DNA from: Takakia lepidozioides
Lineage: Eukaryota > Plantae > Bryophyta
Direction: 5' to 3'
Assembly (NCBI GenBank): GCA_030704615.1
Contig: CM060733.1
Span: forward strand, 10,292,001 to 10,356,000
Length of the DNA stretch: 64,000 nt
In this document: positions 34,901-46,352 of the stretch, in pieces
How the letters are laid out: each line of letters begins with the position of its first letter
Position numbering within the stretch: the stretch's first letter is position 1
Notes under the pieces: generated by a model
What the model saw: the letters and a program-made list of their open reading frames with translations, nothing else
What the model was told of the DNA's origin: nothing
Databases searched by the model: none
Made by a program: the position numbers and the translations under genes

Positions 34901-37900
34901 TGAGGCCTAGTTTTTGGGCAAATCACACACAGCAGATTGATGCTTGTGTGAAGAGATTTCTAGAGGATATCTGGCCCAATAATTCTATATATGATGGTAA
35001 GTCACACTACCAACGTCAGCCCCTGACAGAGGTAGGTTCTGTCCCTTTTGTTCCCGCTCAAACTGGGCGCGGGGTCAATGGCCACAAGGCTACGGCAAAC
35101 AACGTCTTATGAGTACCATCTCTCGCAGCCTGGGCAACCCGAAGACAATATTAATTTTCTGATTCACTGTCCGGGGTACTCTCACCAGAGAGAAGCTCTC
35201 CTCCAATCTATCAAGAGAATTGTGCCTGTACCTCTGTTTACCAACTTTGAAAGTCTCGAGGCTGAGCCAAAAACCCAGGCCCTTCTGAGGCCTAGTTTTT
35301 GGGAAAATCACACACAGCAGATTGATGCTTGTGTGAAGGGATTTCTAGAGGATATCTGGAAAACCCGAATTAATTCTATTTATAAAGGTAAGTCTTACTA
35401 CCAATGTCAGCCCCTGACGGAGGTAGGTTCTGTCCCTTTGGTTTCCGCTCAAACTGGGCGCGGGGTCAATGGCCACAAGGCTACGGCAAACAATCTCTCG
35501 CAGCCTGAAGGCAATATCTATTTTCTGATACATTGTCCGGGATATTCCGACCAGAGAGTGACCCTCTTCAGGACCATCAAGAACATTGTCCCTGCACCTC
35601 TGTTCACCAACTTTCAAAATCTTGAGGCTGAGCCTAAAGCCCTGGCCCTGTTGGGGTCTAATTGCTGGGCAGCTCACCTCTAGAGGATAGCTGGAAAACC
35701 TGCACTAATTGTCTCTATCAACTAAAGTCACACTATTGGAGTGAGCCCCTCACAAAGGTAGTATACGTTCCCTTTGTTCCGCCCAAACTAGGCTCGGGGT
35801 CTATGGCCACAAGGCTACGGCACACAACGTCTTATGAGTAGATTCTCTCTCGCCTTCTACAGGCCAAGAAGGAGGCTCCTCAATTGACACTTGCCTAGTC
35901 AGGAGGTAAACAGAATACTCCTATGGTAGACTACTATATATATGCTAGAGTGAATAGAGCTCAACACAGCTCAATTTCTTGGAATATACACAATATGAAA
36001 CACACCAAAGCTCCATCAATTCACTCAGTAGCAAGGTGCTTAAGGTTTGCATGTACTTTTTTAGACCGGGCAATTGTTTTGTCCGTTTCATCCATCTGCT
36101 TTCTCCCAGCTTGTAGAAGCTGTTCATTTGACATAGCTGCCTTAGGCCAACAATACGGATTTGATTAAGGGCCATCTTCCAACTGATTACAAACTACTAA
36201 AAGCAGATAGAAGGTAAAATCCAACTTGCTGCAGCCATTACTTCCCAATCGGTCCAAAGAAGAAGAGGAAGAGATTCATAGCAGCATGACAACTATGAGC
36301 ACTGGGATGTGTAGCATGCATGTTTTCCGAGCAGACTAGAAACTTCAACAAAGTAATGCTAAAGAGAATGTGATGAGGGTTTTTCATCATTTTAAGTAAT
36401 AGACATTCCCATTACAGTCCATGCCCTTCCTCTCTTAACCCAGCAGACCCCACATGAAGCATTAAGACTGTAAAGATCACGCCACTTTCGTAGCCCTTGC
36501 AGGTTCCGATCAGCCCCGTCTTCTGCCACATATCAGGGGCAAAGGGACTCATGGTGGGTAGAGTACTTTGGCAGTAATATACGGCAGAATGGCCTCCGGG
36601 ACCAAGGGAAGGAAAGATCTCTGCACTGTTTTACAGCAAGAGACCAGACCACAAGCATATCATCTCAACTAAGACCTCAGTTGGTATGCATGCTACACTG
36701 TCCCTGAAGGGACTTGTTTCCTGCATCAGACCAGTCGAACAAGATAACACAGAAGATAAAACTCTAGATATAGTCCCTGTATAAAAAGGACTCTTTAAGC
36801 ATTGACTAGTTGTGGATGTGTTGCAGGTTGATGCTCACATTGGTGGATGTTTGAGCTAATTCTTGAATCAACATAGCGTTGACTCAACATGGGCAATGAC
36901 ACCATTTCACCACTTTATAAATAGCCCAATTTTAGCAAGACAGCACACGGCCCAGTAAAGAAATGATAGTTGTAGACAAGGCTCACTTGATGCCATGCGA
37001 ACACCATCATCATGCACGGCCCCTCCTTTTGAGCCACCCGCCAAGAGATCATACTTAGCTCCCAGTGAACTTGTATAGGTCTTTCTTAAAGCAACATATG
37101 AATTCAGCTCCTTGATCTGTGCATGCAAACAATGAACCCATGTCAAGAATGCATGTAGTTTATCCGAAAAAATGAGATTTAACCCCACTAATGCAGTTCA
37201 GGAATGAAAGACCTGCCCATCTTACAGCTAGGATGTCATAATCTGTACCAGACCTGAAAGATAACATGGTGTTTTCAATAACAACTAAAGACGAATTCAA
37301 GAGACAACAATATTCTCTTGATTCTTCCTGGGAAGGTCTAACAAATGTATTAGAATCATAATCAGATCAATCTTACCAAATGACTTGCAACACTAATTAT
37401 TAGAATATTTTGACTGTTTGATTGTTGAACCCTTGCTTGTGGTAACTACCCTATGAAACCTCTTAACTCCTGGCCCTGCAAAAGGAGCAGTGAGGCAATG
37501 CAAGAAGTTCATTACAAGTGATTGTTTCTTCTCTGTGAGGAGCTTATTCATCTCAGGAGCATTCTTTGACTCATCCTCCTTAATTTCCCTGTCAAAATCC
37601 TTGATGAGCCTGCACAACATTTTTTTTCCAACCCTGCCATTTAGCACCAAAACCAAGCACAAACAATCCTGAATTCAAGTGAGGGAAGATGAGTTGTGCT
37701 GCTGACAAAAGAACACTGGGTCACATAGAGTGCTTGCTTACCACCATGATGCTTAGGCATAGGCCCGGTAACATTAGATATGTCAATTATTTTCCAGCGA
37801 GTGCATAAACCAACTGTCTGAAAGAGTAAAACGGTTCGACGACATATCGATGGTGTTCGTCAATACAGTTTGTGATGATGACTCTGTTGTCTTCGAGGCA

Positions 37901-39832
37901 AAGGACTACTCCAATATCCTGGCTCGGAAGCTCATGTCCAGTGCTTTTGTGTTTTTCTCGACACAAGATTTCCCGACACAAGAATCATCGGGAAATCTTG
38001 TGTCATACATCCGGAACGAACAGAAGAGGCAATCAAACACCGAAGCAGCCTGCTGTCATCTACATACTTGTACACTGACACCAACTGTCATTGGACTCTT
38101 TCAATCTCACAGGATTCTGCAACCTGCTAGGATTCCTCACTGGCAGATCCCAATGAACATATGGGCCAGCATTGAATACTCAAAATGAAAACTGCAATTC
38201 TGACACGCACCAGCTTCCACTGGTAAAAGTTTTGTAACAGAGCCCTAAAGAGATGGAATTCTCTTTGTAAACTCCTATGCACAACTTCGAAACCTGACAT
38301 GAATATCCAAGGATCCACAAGCTGCACGGGATCTTCTGCATACGAAAACAACGCATGTACTTATTTGTGTCCCATGAAGGGTGGATGCATGGACAGAAGG
38401 TCTGCAAGGTGTCGGTACCTCCATTATTTGGTCCACAGACATGGCCATTTGATTGAGTATTGGATAATCCCAGGGATAGAAAATGTCCAACATTGCATTA
38501 ACTGTTATGAAGTGCAGTAAACACCTCTTTGCTTCACGCATCTTGGCAGTAAGCTCCTCCAGCTGCTTACTCTGTTTACTGGCATCCTTGATTTTGTCCA
38601 GCTTTATGAATCCAGTCCTGCACAGGTCAAATACTCCAATACAGAGCTTCAATTTGCAGCTATCCACAACATTCAACCAATCATGTCCAAAATTGCTCCA
38701 TGAGATTGTGAAAACCTTTGAAACACTATGTGATCTACTCCTTTGACTCCCTTGCACGTTTATACAAAGTGGGGTTTGTGCTCTGCTATCGGACATGATA
38801 CTTATTGGTTCATTTTGGAAAGCTATAGCATTCAAGAGGGCCTGCCATTCACCTCGCACATCCTCACTAACCCACATCATATGAGCTGGATATGGAGTTG
38901 TTTACAAATATGAGAAGGCTGCTTTATGAGAGGACTTCAGGAAAGAAAAACCATGACAGCGGGTTGCCTCTCTCCAGGGATCTAACCTGTACTTTGAGGT
39001 CTTCCCAATCTGTTAGGTAGTGAATAGTCACTATATATCACTATGAGGTTTATCTTATCATGAGCTCATTTCCAGAACCTAAGCTGTCCAAGCTCTGAGC
39101 TCTATGATCAAGTTTCATGCAAACCAGGGGAGTGGTAAGTTTGCAGTGAGTTGATAGAGGTGTTGTTTGAAAACAAAGCACAATACAATGTTGGTCGACA
39201 TTGCATCAATCTGCATTATACACAGATATCTTGAGCTCTCTGTCAGGGTGCAATATAGCAATTCATGACAAACCGAAGCATTCTGCCTACCTCTGTGGCA
39301 AGTCTAAGTTGAGAGGGAAACTTGTATTTGATCTTATACAGGTACACCACCCCCAACCCAGATCACATCTATGGATGTGGAGTCAATGCTGAATCTAGAT
39401 CAAGGGGAAATGTGATGGTGTCTTCCTTGATGGCTGTTGTTGTCTATAAGTTTTTGATTTATTCTGTTATAAACAGATCCTTTCTTGTCAAGACAAGACA
39501 AGCCCTATCTCTCTCTATGCGATTTTCTTCACCTATGCTTTGCAAACAGCCCGCAATGGTAAAATGAATCATAGAGGCACCAAACTGATCCACGTAGAAC
39601 GGGCAGTATTTGTTCACAGTAATGCCCCTATCTGCACAGGGTACACCACAGCAAAGTTGGTGCATACTAGATTTGAAGGAGTCGCCTTGGACAAAGGTCG
39701 TCTGCCTAGAAACCCTAACAAAGGAACAGAAGGAACAGAAAGGGAGAGTGAAGAGACGTACGAGAGAGCCTTGAAGATATCGTGGACATCTTTCTCGACG
39801 GTGACTAGCTGTGGCGGGACTTCTGCAGCCAT
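31945..39832 (-). CDS. NPSN: Novel plant SNARE (NPSN11/12/13 family Qb-SNARE), 9 exons
   Basis: Exons read MAAEVPPQLVTVEKDVHDIFKALS / GFIKLDKIKDASKQSKQLEELTAKMREAKR / LIKDFDREIK / IKELNSYVALRKTY / MSNEQLLQAGRKQMDETD / VVEDTVSIGTETALTLKSQ / TEQLGRIVNELDTIQFSIKKAAQLVKEIGRQ / MATDRCIMFFLFLIVGGIVAVIVVK / VTNPK...RRLL*. Confidence 0.95.
34530..35843 (+). mobile_element. Three tandem 5'-truncated LINE 3' ends in an NPSN intron, separated by target duplications
   Basis: Units encode LINE-like C-terminal residues (LKFKLRAGSLPL; ED..NFLIHCPGY..QR; FLEDIW) and end in GGGTCAATGGCCACAAGGCTACGGCAAACAAC. The separator TCTCTCGCAGCCTG(G) occurs at 34515-34529, 35119-35133 and 35494-35507. Confidence 0.8.
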
Positions 39833-40699
39833 CTCCCCTCAAGGAAATGACAATATTTCAAAGCCTGCAAAAGCAGCCCCGCTTCATTGTACACAAGCTT
39901 GGATCAGTTTTCAATTTTCTTCAACCTCCAAAATTTTGCCTCTGTAGTACAGATTCCAGGCAGTTTGGGGCACCAGAAATGTCACGACACATACATAGTG
40001 CATCTCTGCACCAGAGCCTCCAGATACAAACTCGTGCGGTTCCCGTAGACGAGGTGAATCCCTGCGCTTTCTCTTGGAGGTAGATAATGGTATTGTATGC
40101 AGAGAATTAGAGCCCCTTTACACTAGAGGGCAATTTGGCGTCACCCAAACCAGGGACTCGATTTGCTCCCCTGCATAAAGTGCCCAAGTGAAGCCACTTG
40201 ACAGGAGTGGGAGAGAGAGAGAGGAGGGACCTTCTCATAAAATAACCGCTCGTTACTGCCAAATTTTCCTCCAAACATTCTCAATGGCTGGAAGTGGATA
40301 GAAATAGTATCAAATGAATTGAGATGAGATGACACTTCTCAAGTAGTCCCCACAGTCACCAGGTGCAACACGCCTCTTTGAAGGAAACTCAATGTAAGTT
40401 TACTAGAGGAGCGAGAGAGAGAATCCTCCAATATTCAAGTGAAGCAGAATGTGGCCAAGAAATCGTGCTCAATTGATCTGACATTGTCCATAGCATCTCA
40501 TGGATGGACGACATAGATTGGAAAACTCTAACGGCTCGACTCATCCTGGTTGTAATTTGGGGACTCCATATGGTGGATGAGTGCATTGTGAGCCACCCAG
40601 GTGATTCTGGGCTCGGATCCTGCTACATTGTTGGGTGGTCTTATATTCTCTCCTTCCCTGGGATGTGCCCTTGAGCCTAGTGCTGCTATAACGTGTACG

Positions 40700-41121
40700 C
40701 TGCTGCGGCAGGTGGGAGGATGCAGCAAAGGTGAGAAAGATGATGCAAGGCAGGGGTGTCAATAAGGAGGTATGGCGCAGTTAGATTGAGGTGGATAACC
40801 AGGTGCATACATTTCGTTGTAGACCACAAAGTGCATCTTCAAAATGAGGAAATCTATGCTGAGCTTGAGCTTAAGAGATCGTCCAGGCTGATGAAGGAGG
40901 CTAGGTATGTGCTGACACGCCCTTTTTATCGCATGATATTTTCTCTTTGCCTCCACTGTGAGAAGCTGGCCATTGCTTTTGGGCTGAGCAGGACATGCCT
41001 TTGATATGCCACGAACCTGCCAGTGTCTGCCAACACAGCCATCAAGTTAAATTGTTGACAGGATGCCAACTGCTGTCACCACTTCCAAGATGGGGTTTGT
41101 TCTTGCGGGGATTACTGGTGA
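40700..41121 (+). pseudogene. PPR E/E+/DYW C-terminal fragment (RNA-editing factor pseudogene)
   Basis: GRWEDAAKVRKMM..RGV.K...S*IEVDNQVHTF; HLQNEEIYAEL; HCEKLAIAFGL; HHFQDGVCSCGDYW*. Contains stops, frameshifts and deletions. Confidence 0.9.
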
Positions 41122-41540
41122 AATGAGCAGTGATATGCATGAAAGAAGTGAGTCGTTTCACACGTGATACCTGAAAGGTGATAATTTGTCCTTATTTTTG
41201 TTTTGTAAGCGAAGCGTGCTGATTGTCCTTTTGTTCAACTTACTGCTTGAAAGTATTGTCCAAACAGCAGCAGTGAAGTCACGGCAAAGTCTTATTGCAG
41301 AGGAAGATATCAACAAATGTTGCGGGGATAAGTAGGCATGAAGAGAATCCTGAAATTCCGGAGAAACTCTACCTGCAACAATATTGGCAAGGAGAGTTCG
41401 ACAGTTTGATTCTTGGTTAGTGCACTGCGAGAGATAACTACACATTTAGTTAATGTTTTATGTGATTCTAATTACATTTCATCTAGCTGATGTCACTCTA
41501 GCTTGTAGACCATTCGTGGAAGGTTGTGTCTGGCAAACAT

Positions 41541-41890
41541 AGGAACCGGACTTTGGTTGAGAGTGCAAGGTGCATGTTGGAGCACCAAGGTCTTAGAAAA
41601 GTGTTTTGGGCTGAGACTGTTTTCATTGTTGTGTATGTTAATAATCGAGCACCTACCATTGCAGTCAAGGATATGACACTTGAGGAGGCATGGAGTGGCA
41701 AGAAGCCAAGTGTTGCACACATGAGAGTTTTTGGAACATGAGCATATATCAGGTGTCATATCCTTGACTGCAATGGTAGGTGCTCGAATATTAACATACA
41801 CAGCAGTAGAAACAGCCTCAGCTCAAAACACTTTGCCAAGACCTTGGTGCTCCAACATGCACCTTGCACTCTCAACCAAAGTTCGGTTCT
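41541..41890. repeat. Long inverted repeat (foldback) of Copia integrase sequence
   Basis: Arms ~41541-41682 and ~41749-41890 are near reverse complements; both encode NRTLVESARCML...AET. Loop about 66 bp. Confidence 0.9.
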
Positions 41891-43833
41891 TTTGTTCTGC
41901 AACTCCATTCTGTTGTGGGGTGTAAGGTGTAGTCATTTGTCACTCAATCCCATTTTGTTCACAAACTGATGGAATGCCTTTGAGATGTACTCACCACCAT
42001 TGTCGCACCGCAACTTCTTGATCACCTTCCATGTCTGCTTCTCTGCAAGAGCTTTGAACACCTTGAACTTATCCAAAACCTCATATTTTTTCTTCATGAA
42101 ATAAACAAAGGTTTTCCGCGACAAATCATCAATAAAAGTGACAAAGTATCTAGCACCACCATGAGAAAGGTTCTCCATTGGCCCACACACATCACTATGT
42201 GCCAACTCAAGCAACTCCGATGCTTGTGTACCACCTGTAGCTGGAAATGGATTGCGGTGATGCTTTCCATATACAAAACCTTCACAGAACTCTAGGTTAG
42301 ATGTAACCTCCAAATCCATACTTTCGACCATGCCCATTGTCTTCAAGCTTGCAATGCCAAGATGATCGAGATGTTGATGCCATAAATCAGCCTTCTCCAT
42401 AGCACCATTAGTGTCGACGTATCGAACTGTTCTCTGCGGAGATCTTGACAACTTGTAGAGTCGTCCTATCCGAACGCCCATCACAACCACATTGCCCTCA
42501 TGAGTCTCCATCAAATAGCTCCTGGTTTTGAAAGTTACTTGATAACCTTGATCCTCCATCTTGCTGACTGATAGTAGATTCTTCTGGAGTCTCTCAACAT
42601 ATAAAACTCCATGATGTTCTTGCAGACTCCACTCGGTACCTATAGTACCCTTACCCTTGATCTGAAGAGCACTGTCATCACCAAGATACATCTTTCTGCC
42701 ACCTAGAAGGTCTTCGTAGGTAGAAAATCATTCCCTGTGCGATGTCATGTACTGAGAGCACCAGAGTCGATATACCAAGTGTCGTCGGGTGGGGGTGGGA
42801 TATAAGGTACATTTTCTTTGCTGACAAGTGTGAGGTGGAGGACATCACCGAACTACAGACAAGGCAGTCACAAACAACTCACTGTTGTTACCAACACCCT
42901 CCACGTGATTGGCTTCAGGTGCAGATCTCTTGAGTTTGTCAGCCTTCTTATCAGCTTCATTCTTTCGACATTCACTAGCATGGTGATTCAGTTTCTCAGA
43001 ATAGAAACACTTCCCCTTCTTCTTCTTCCCCTGGGTGGATGTACCAGAGGTAGAGACAAAGTGCTTGCACTTGTGTCCTGTGTTGAGCGCAACATCTGAC
43101 AGAGTAGCAACAACAAGACCCTTCTGACGTGATTCCTCTTGGAGGAGCACTCCAACAACTAACTTCATGGACAGATCAGTAATATGAAGAGTTTCAAGAG
43201 ATACCACAACAAACCTCAAATGCTGGAGTCAAATTCCTCATCAATGTCATGCATGTGTCTAACTCTGAAATCTCTCACCCTGTCGCTGCAATCTGATCCA
43301 GTAATGTTCGCATCTTGGCTATGTGAGAAGCAATGGAATCTCACTCACTCATCTTAAGAGTGAAAAATTGTTGTCGCAATTGCAACAACGCATTTTCATT
43401 CTTGGGCTCATACATCCTCATTAGGAATTCCCAAGCTTCAAAAGATGTCTCATGCTTACTCACTTGCCCAAATAAAAAATCACTCGCATACAAAGAAATA
43501 GTTGCAAGACCTCTCTAATCAAGATCCTCCACTCATCTAATACATCAACATCTAGTTCTGATAGTTTCTTATGTTTGCCAGACACAACCTTCCATGTGCC
43601 ATCTCTAACAAGAACCATTCACATCTTGTCCTTCCAGATATGAAACATGTCTCCATCGAACTTTGCAATAGCATGATAACTAAGATGTTGAGAAGACATT
43701 TCAAATCTACACAGACCAAGCTTTGCTCTAGCAAGTATTTTCTCTCTTGCTAATCAATCATACTTTTAGAAATGTGAATGAAACTAGATCTCTCAATCAT
43801 ATAAAGAATTCCACAAAAAAACCCCTTCTAATA

Positions 43834-44698
43834 CACTACAGCAAATTGGGGGGGGGGGGGGTTTGTGACGCCAGCCGCGCCCCCACGCCCCGCGAGGCGC
43901 TGAGCCCGCGACGTCGAGCCCGAGACGTTTTTTTTGCGATGCTCCGGCGTCGCACTCCCCCGCTGCGACACCATTGCGACGCCCAGCCGTCGCAAGGTGG
44001 CATGAAGAGATAAAGATGGCCCTCGCTGCGACGGATTTTTTTTCTTGCGACGCCCTGGCGTCACAAAAACGTCACTGAGGGCACCCCAGGGCGTCGCAAC
44101 AGTATCACCACAATGAGAGTTTTTTTTTTTTTTTTTTTTTTGGGTTTTGCGGCCCTCAACTTTACAAAAGCATCGTTAGGATGGCCAATGCTGCGACGCC
44201 AGGGGGTCGCAATGGTGTTGTAGTCAGCGTAGGTCATTACAAGGACGTCGCTTGGGGCGCCTGACGGTGGGGGGTGCAACAACGGTGACGACGCTGGGGC
44301 TGGGGCTGGGCACTAAGGCTGTGGAGGTTGCAACTCCCAGGCGTGACAAGAGGGGCCCCCTTAGAAGGAACTTGAAAGAAATCTTCATTATGTATATATA
44401 TATATATTTAGATTGTTTTTGTGATACATAGATGTAGCGTAGGTGTGTTGATTACTCTGTAATATCTTAAAAATGTTATAACGTGGGGGTCTTAGGTTTA
44501 AGTATACATTGCATGATATATATATAACAATGAACATATCGCCGTTAGACAGAACCGGAGTCAATGGTCAACAAGTTTTTGAAATTCAAATTTCAAATTC
44601 ATAGTTTCCCTGCCTAAATTCAAATGTACCCCCTTAAATTGCGACATCCGGGTGTCGCACTTTGGGACCCCCGGATGATGCTAATTCTGCATTGTAGA

Positions 44699-44735
<37 letters not shown>

Positions 44736-44918
44736 GACGCCCTGGCGTCGCAAATCGCGGTTTCGCCTTTTTGCGACCCCATTGGTCGCAAACTTGCGAT
44801 GTTTTTTTTAGCGACGGGCTTGCGACGCCCGGACGTCGCAAAATTGGTTCTTCCCCTTGCCCGAAAAGGGCTGTTTTACGACGCCGCGGCGTCGAAATCC
44901 CCCCCTTTTCCTGTAGTG
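43834..44918. mobile_element. Non-autonomous CACTA (EnSpm) element
   Basis: Ends CACTACAGCAAA...TTTCCTGTAGTG, 3-bp TSD ATA (43831-43833 and 44919-44921), many subterminal TGCGACGCC motifs in both orientations, no credible coding sequence. Confidence 0.93.
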
Positions 44919-44924
44919 ATACCA

Positions 44925-45241
44925 TGTCAGAAAAACATACACATACTTATGATGCAGGGATGAAACAATATGGCTTTATTACAAAGGATCTCTCCTCCTC
45001 ACCATAGAGGTCTCAACAAAGATAGTTTGCCTCTCCCGCGAGCCCAATATATATATACCTACTGGATGTCTCCCACCGAGAGATGTCTATTCCTCTATTC
45101 CCTCAAGAATATCTAATAGCTATTCTAAGCCGCATCTATTCTAAGTATCTATCCAATAGCTATTCTAAGCCGTATCTATTCTAGGTATCAAGAATATCTA
45201 ATGGATGATGAGTTGAACCCAAAAGTTCATCCATCATAACA
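44925..45241 (-). repeat. Putative 5' LTR of the Copia element
   Basis: Begins TGTCAG immediately after ...ATACCA and ends TCATAACA. The outer boundary is tentative because no partner LTR is present. Confidence 0.55.
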
Positions 45242-46352
45242 AGCTTCACTAATTGCTAAGCACACACTTGTACATTGCAGCGATACTCTGGATTGGTAAA
45301 GGAAGATGAAGCTATCCAGCGACATGGCCTTGAAATCTGGACATCCAATAATACAGTGCAGAAGGCAATCTCGAGTAATTTTCCACTTGAATGGCAACAA
45401 CTCTGTCAAAATAGCCATCTGAGCTGCACTCATCTGCAGGTGCATGTCAGGGGTTTTCTGGTCTTCATCTTCAAGCTGGCGAGTGCAGATTGTACCCATA
45501 TTTCGCCTCTTGCTCTTCCAAATGAAATTGAAGAGGCCTCAACAGAAACCCAATTTTGCACAATCAAACACTCCTTCCCAGTGCACCATCTAGAAGAGAC
45601 AAACACCCACAAACATCCTGGACCCCCTTCACCAGGTAATACCTAGAGCTTTCCTACTCTTTGAACACATGTTTGTGTTTGGCAGGCACTCCTTCCATGT
45701 ATAAGGGACTGGGGCCAACAACTTCCACATTGCCAGGCTCCTCACAATCTCGAACAATCATCTCTGTCCAGGGCATGGAATCGGCAATAGCCCGCTTCTT
45801 GGCTGATCATATGTTTTGGACAGGTTCTACAAGGCAGTTCTCCCTGCCATTTTTTTAAGGTTTTACACATGTTGGCGTTGGCGTGCATATCTTTGAACTG
45901 TTGAGAAGAGCATGCTAGAACTTGATGGCCCACCACAGTCTTGATACCAATCAACGCTTGGCACAAGTAGTCTGGAAACCCAAAGTTTTAGCCAACGCTG
46001 GGTACCCACGTGCAGCTGACTGTTGTGCATACGCCCTTGTGTCACTCTCATCTCATGTGCTCGTCTGCAGACGTAGGCTGACGAAGGAACTCATTCTGCC
46101 TGCAAGGAAAACTACCAACTTGCAGTGAGCTAATTTATGGTGTCAACTTAGTGTGCAACAACTTGTAGAGTAGTGTTTTCTGTGGCAGGATTGCGGTAAA
46201 GCACATCCCCGCTCTATATAACCTGTCGCTGCATGCATAGTACCTCATATTACACCTCGTTCTGTCTCTGAATCCCTGAAGTCTCACTCCAAGAAAGCTT
46301 CCAAATTCTTTCCTTTTTCAGTCGTTCTGTTATTGCAAGCCGAACCGCAAGC

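Larger units (their letters stand above)
41511..45241 (-). mobile_element. Decayed, 3'-truncated Ty1/Copia LTR retrotransposon (5' LTR, gag, protease, integrase)
   Basis: Integrase HSDVCGPM...YFVTFIDD...RCDNGGEY (41933-42691); gag Zn-knuckle-like CFY...HHASEC (42845-43219). A putative LTR TG..CA at 44925-45241 adjoins a tRNA-Met PBS-like sequence. No RT/RNaseH or second LTR seen. Confidence 0.85.

Noticed and set aside
34627-35683. Standalone nested genes (161 and 211 aa) in the NPSN intron
   Set aside because: They are read-throughs of tandem LINE 3' fragments.
43747-45007. Arg/Lys-rich short ORFs
   Set aside because: They are artefacts of CACTA subterminal repeats and poly-T tracts.
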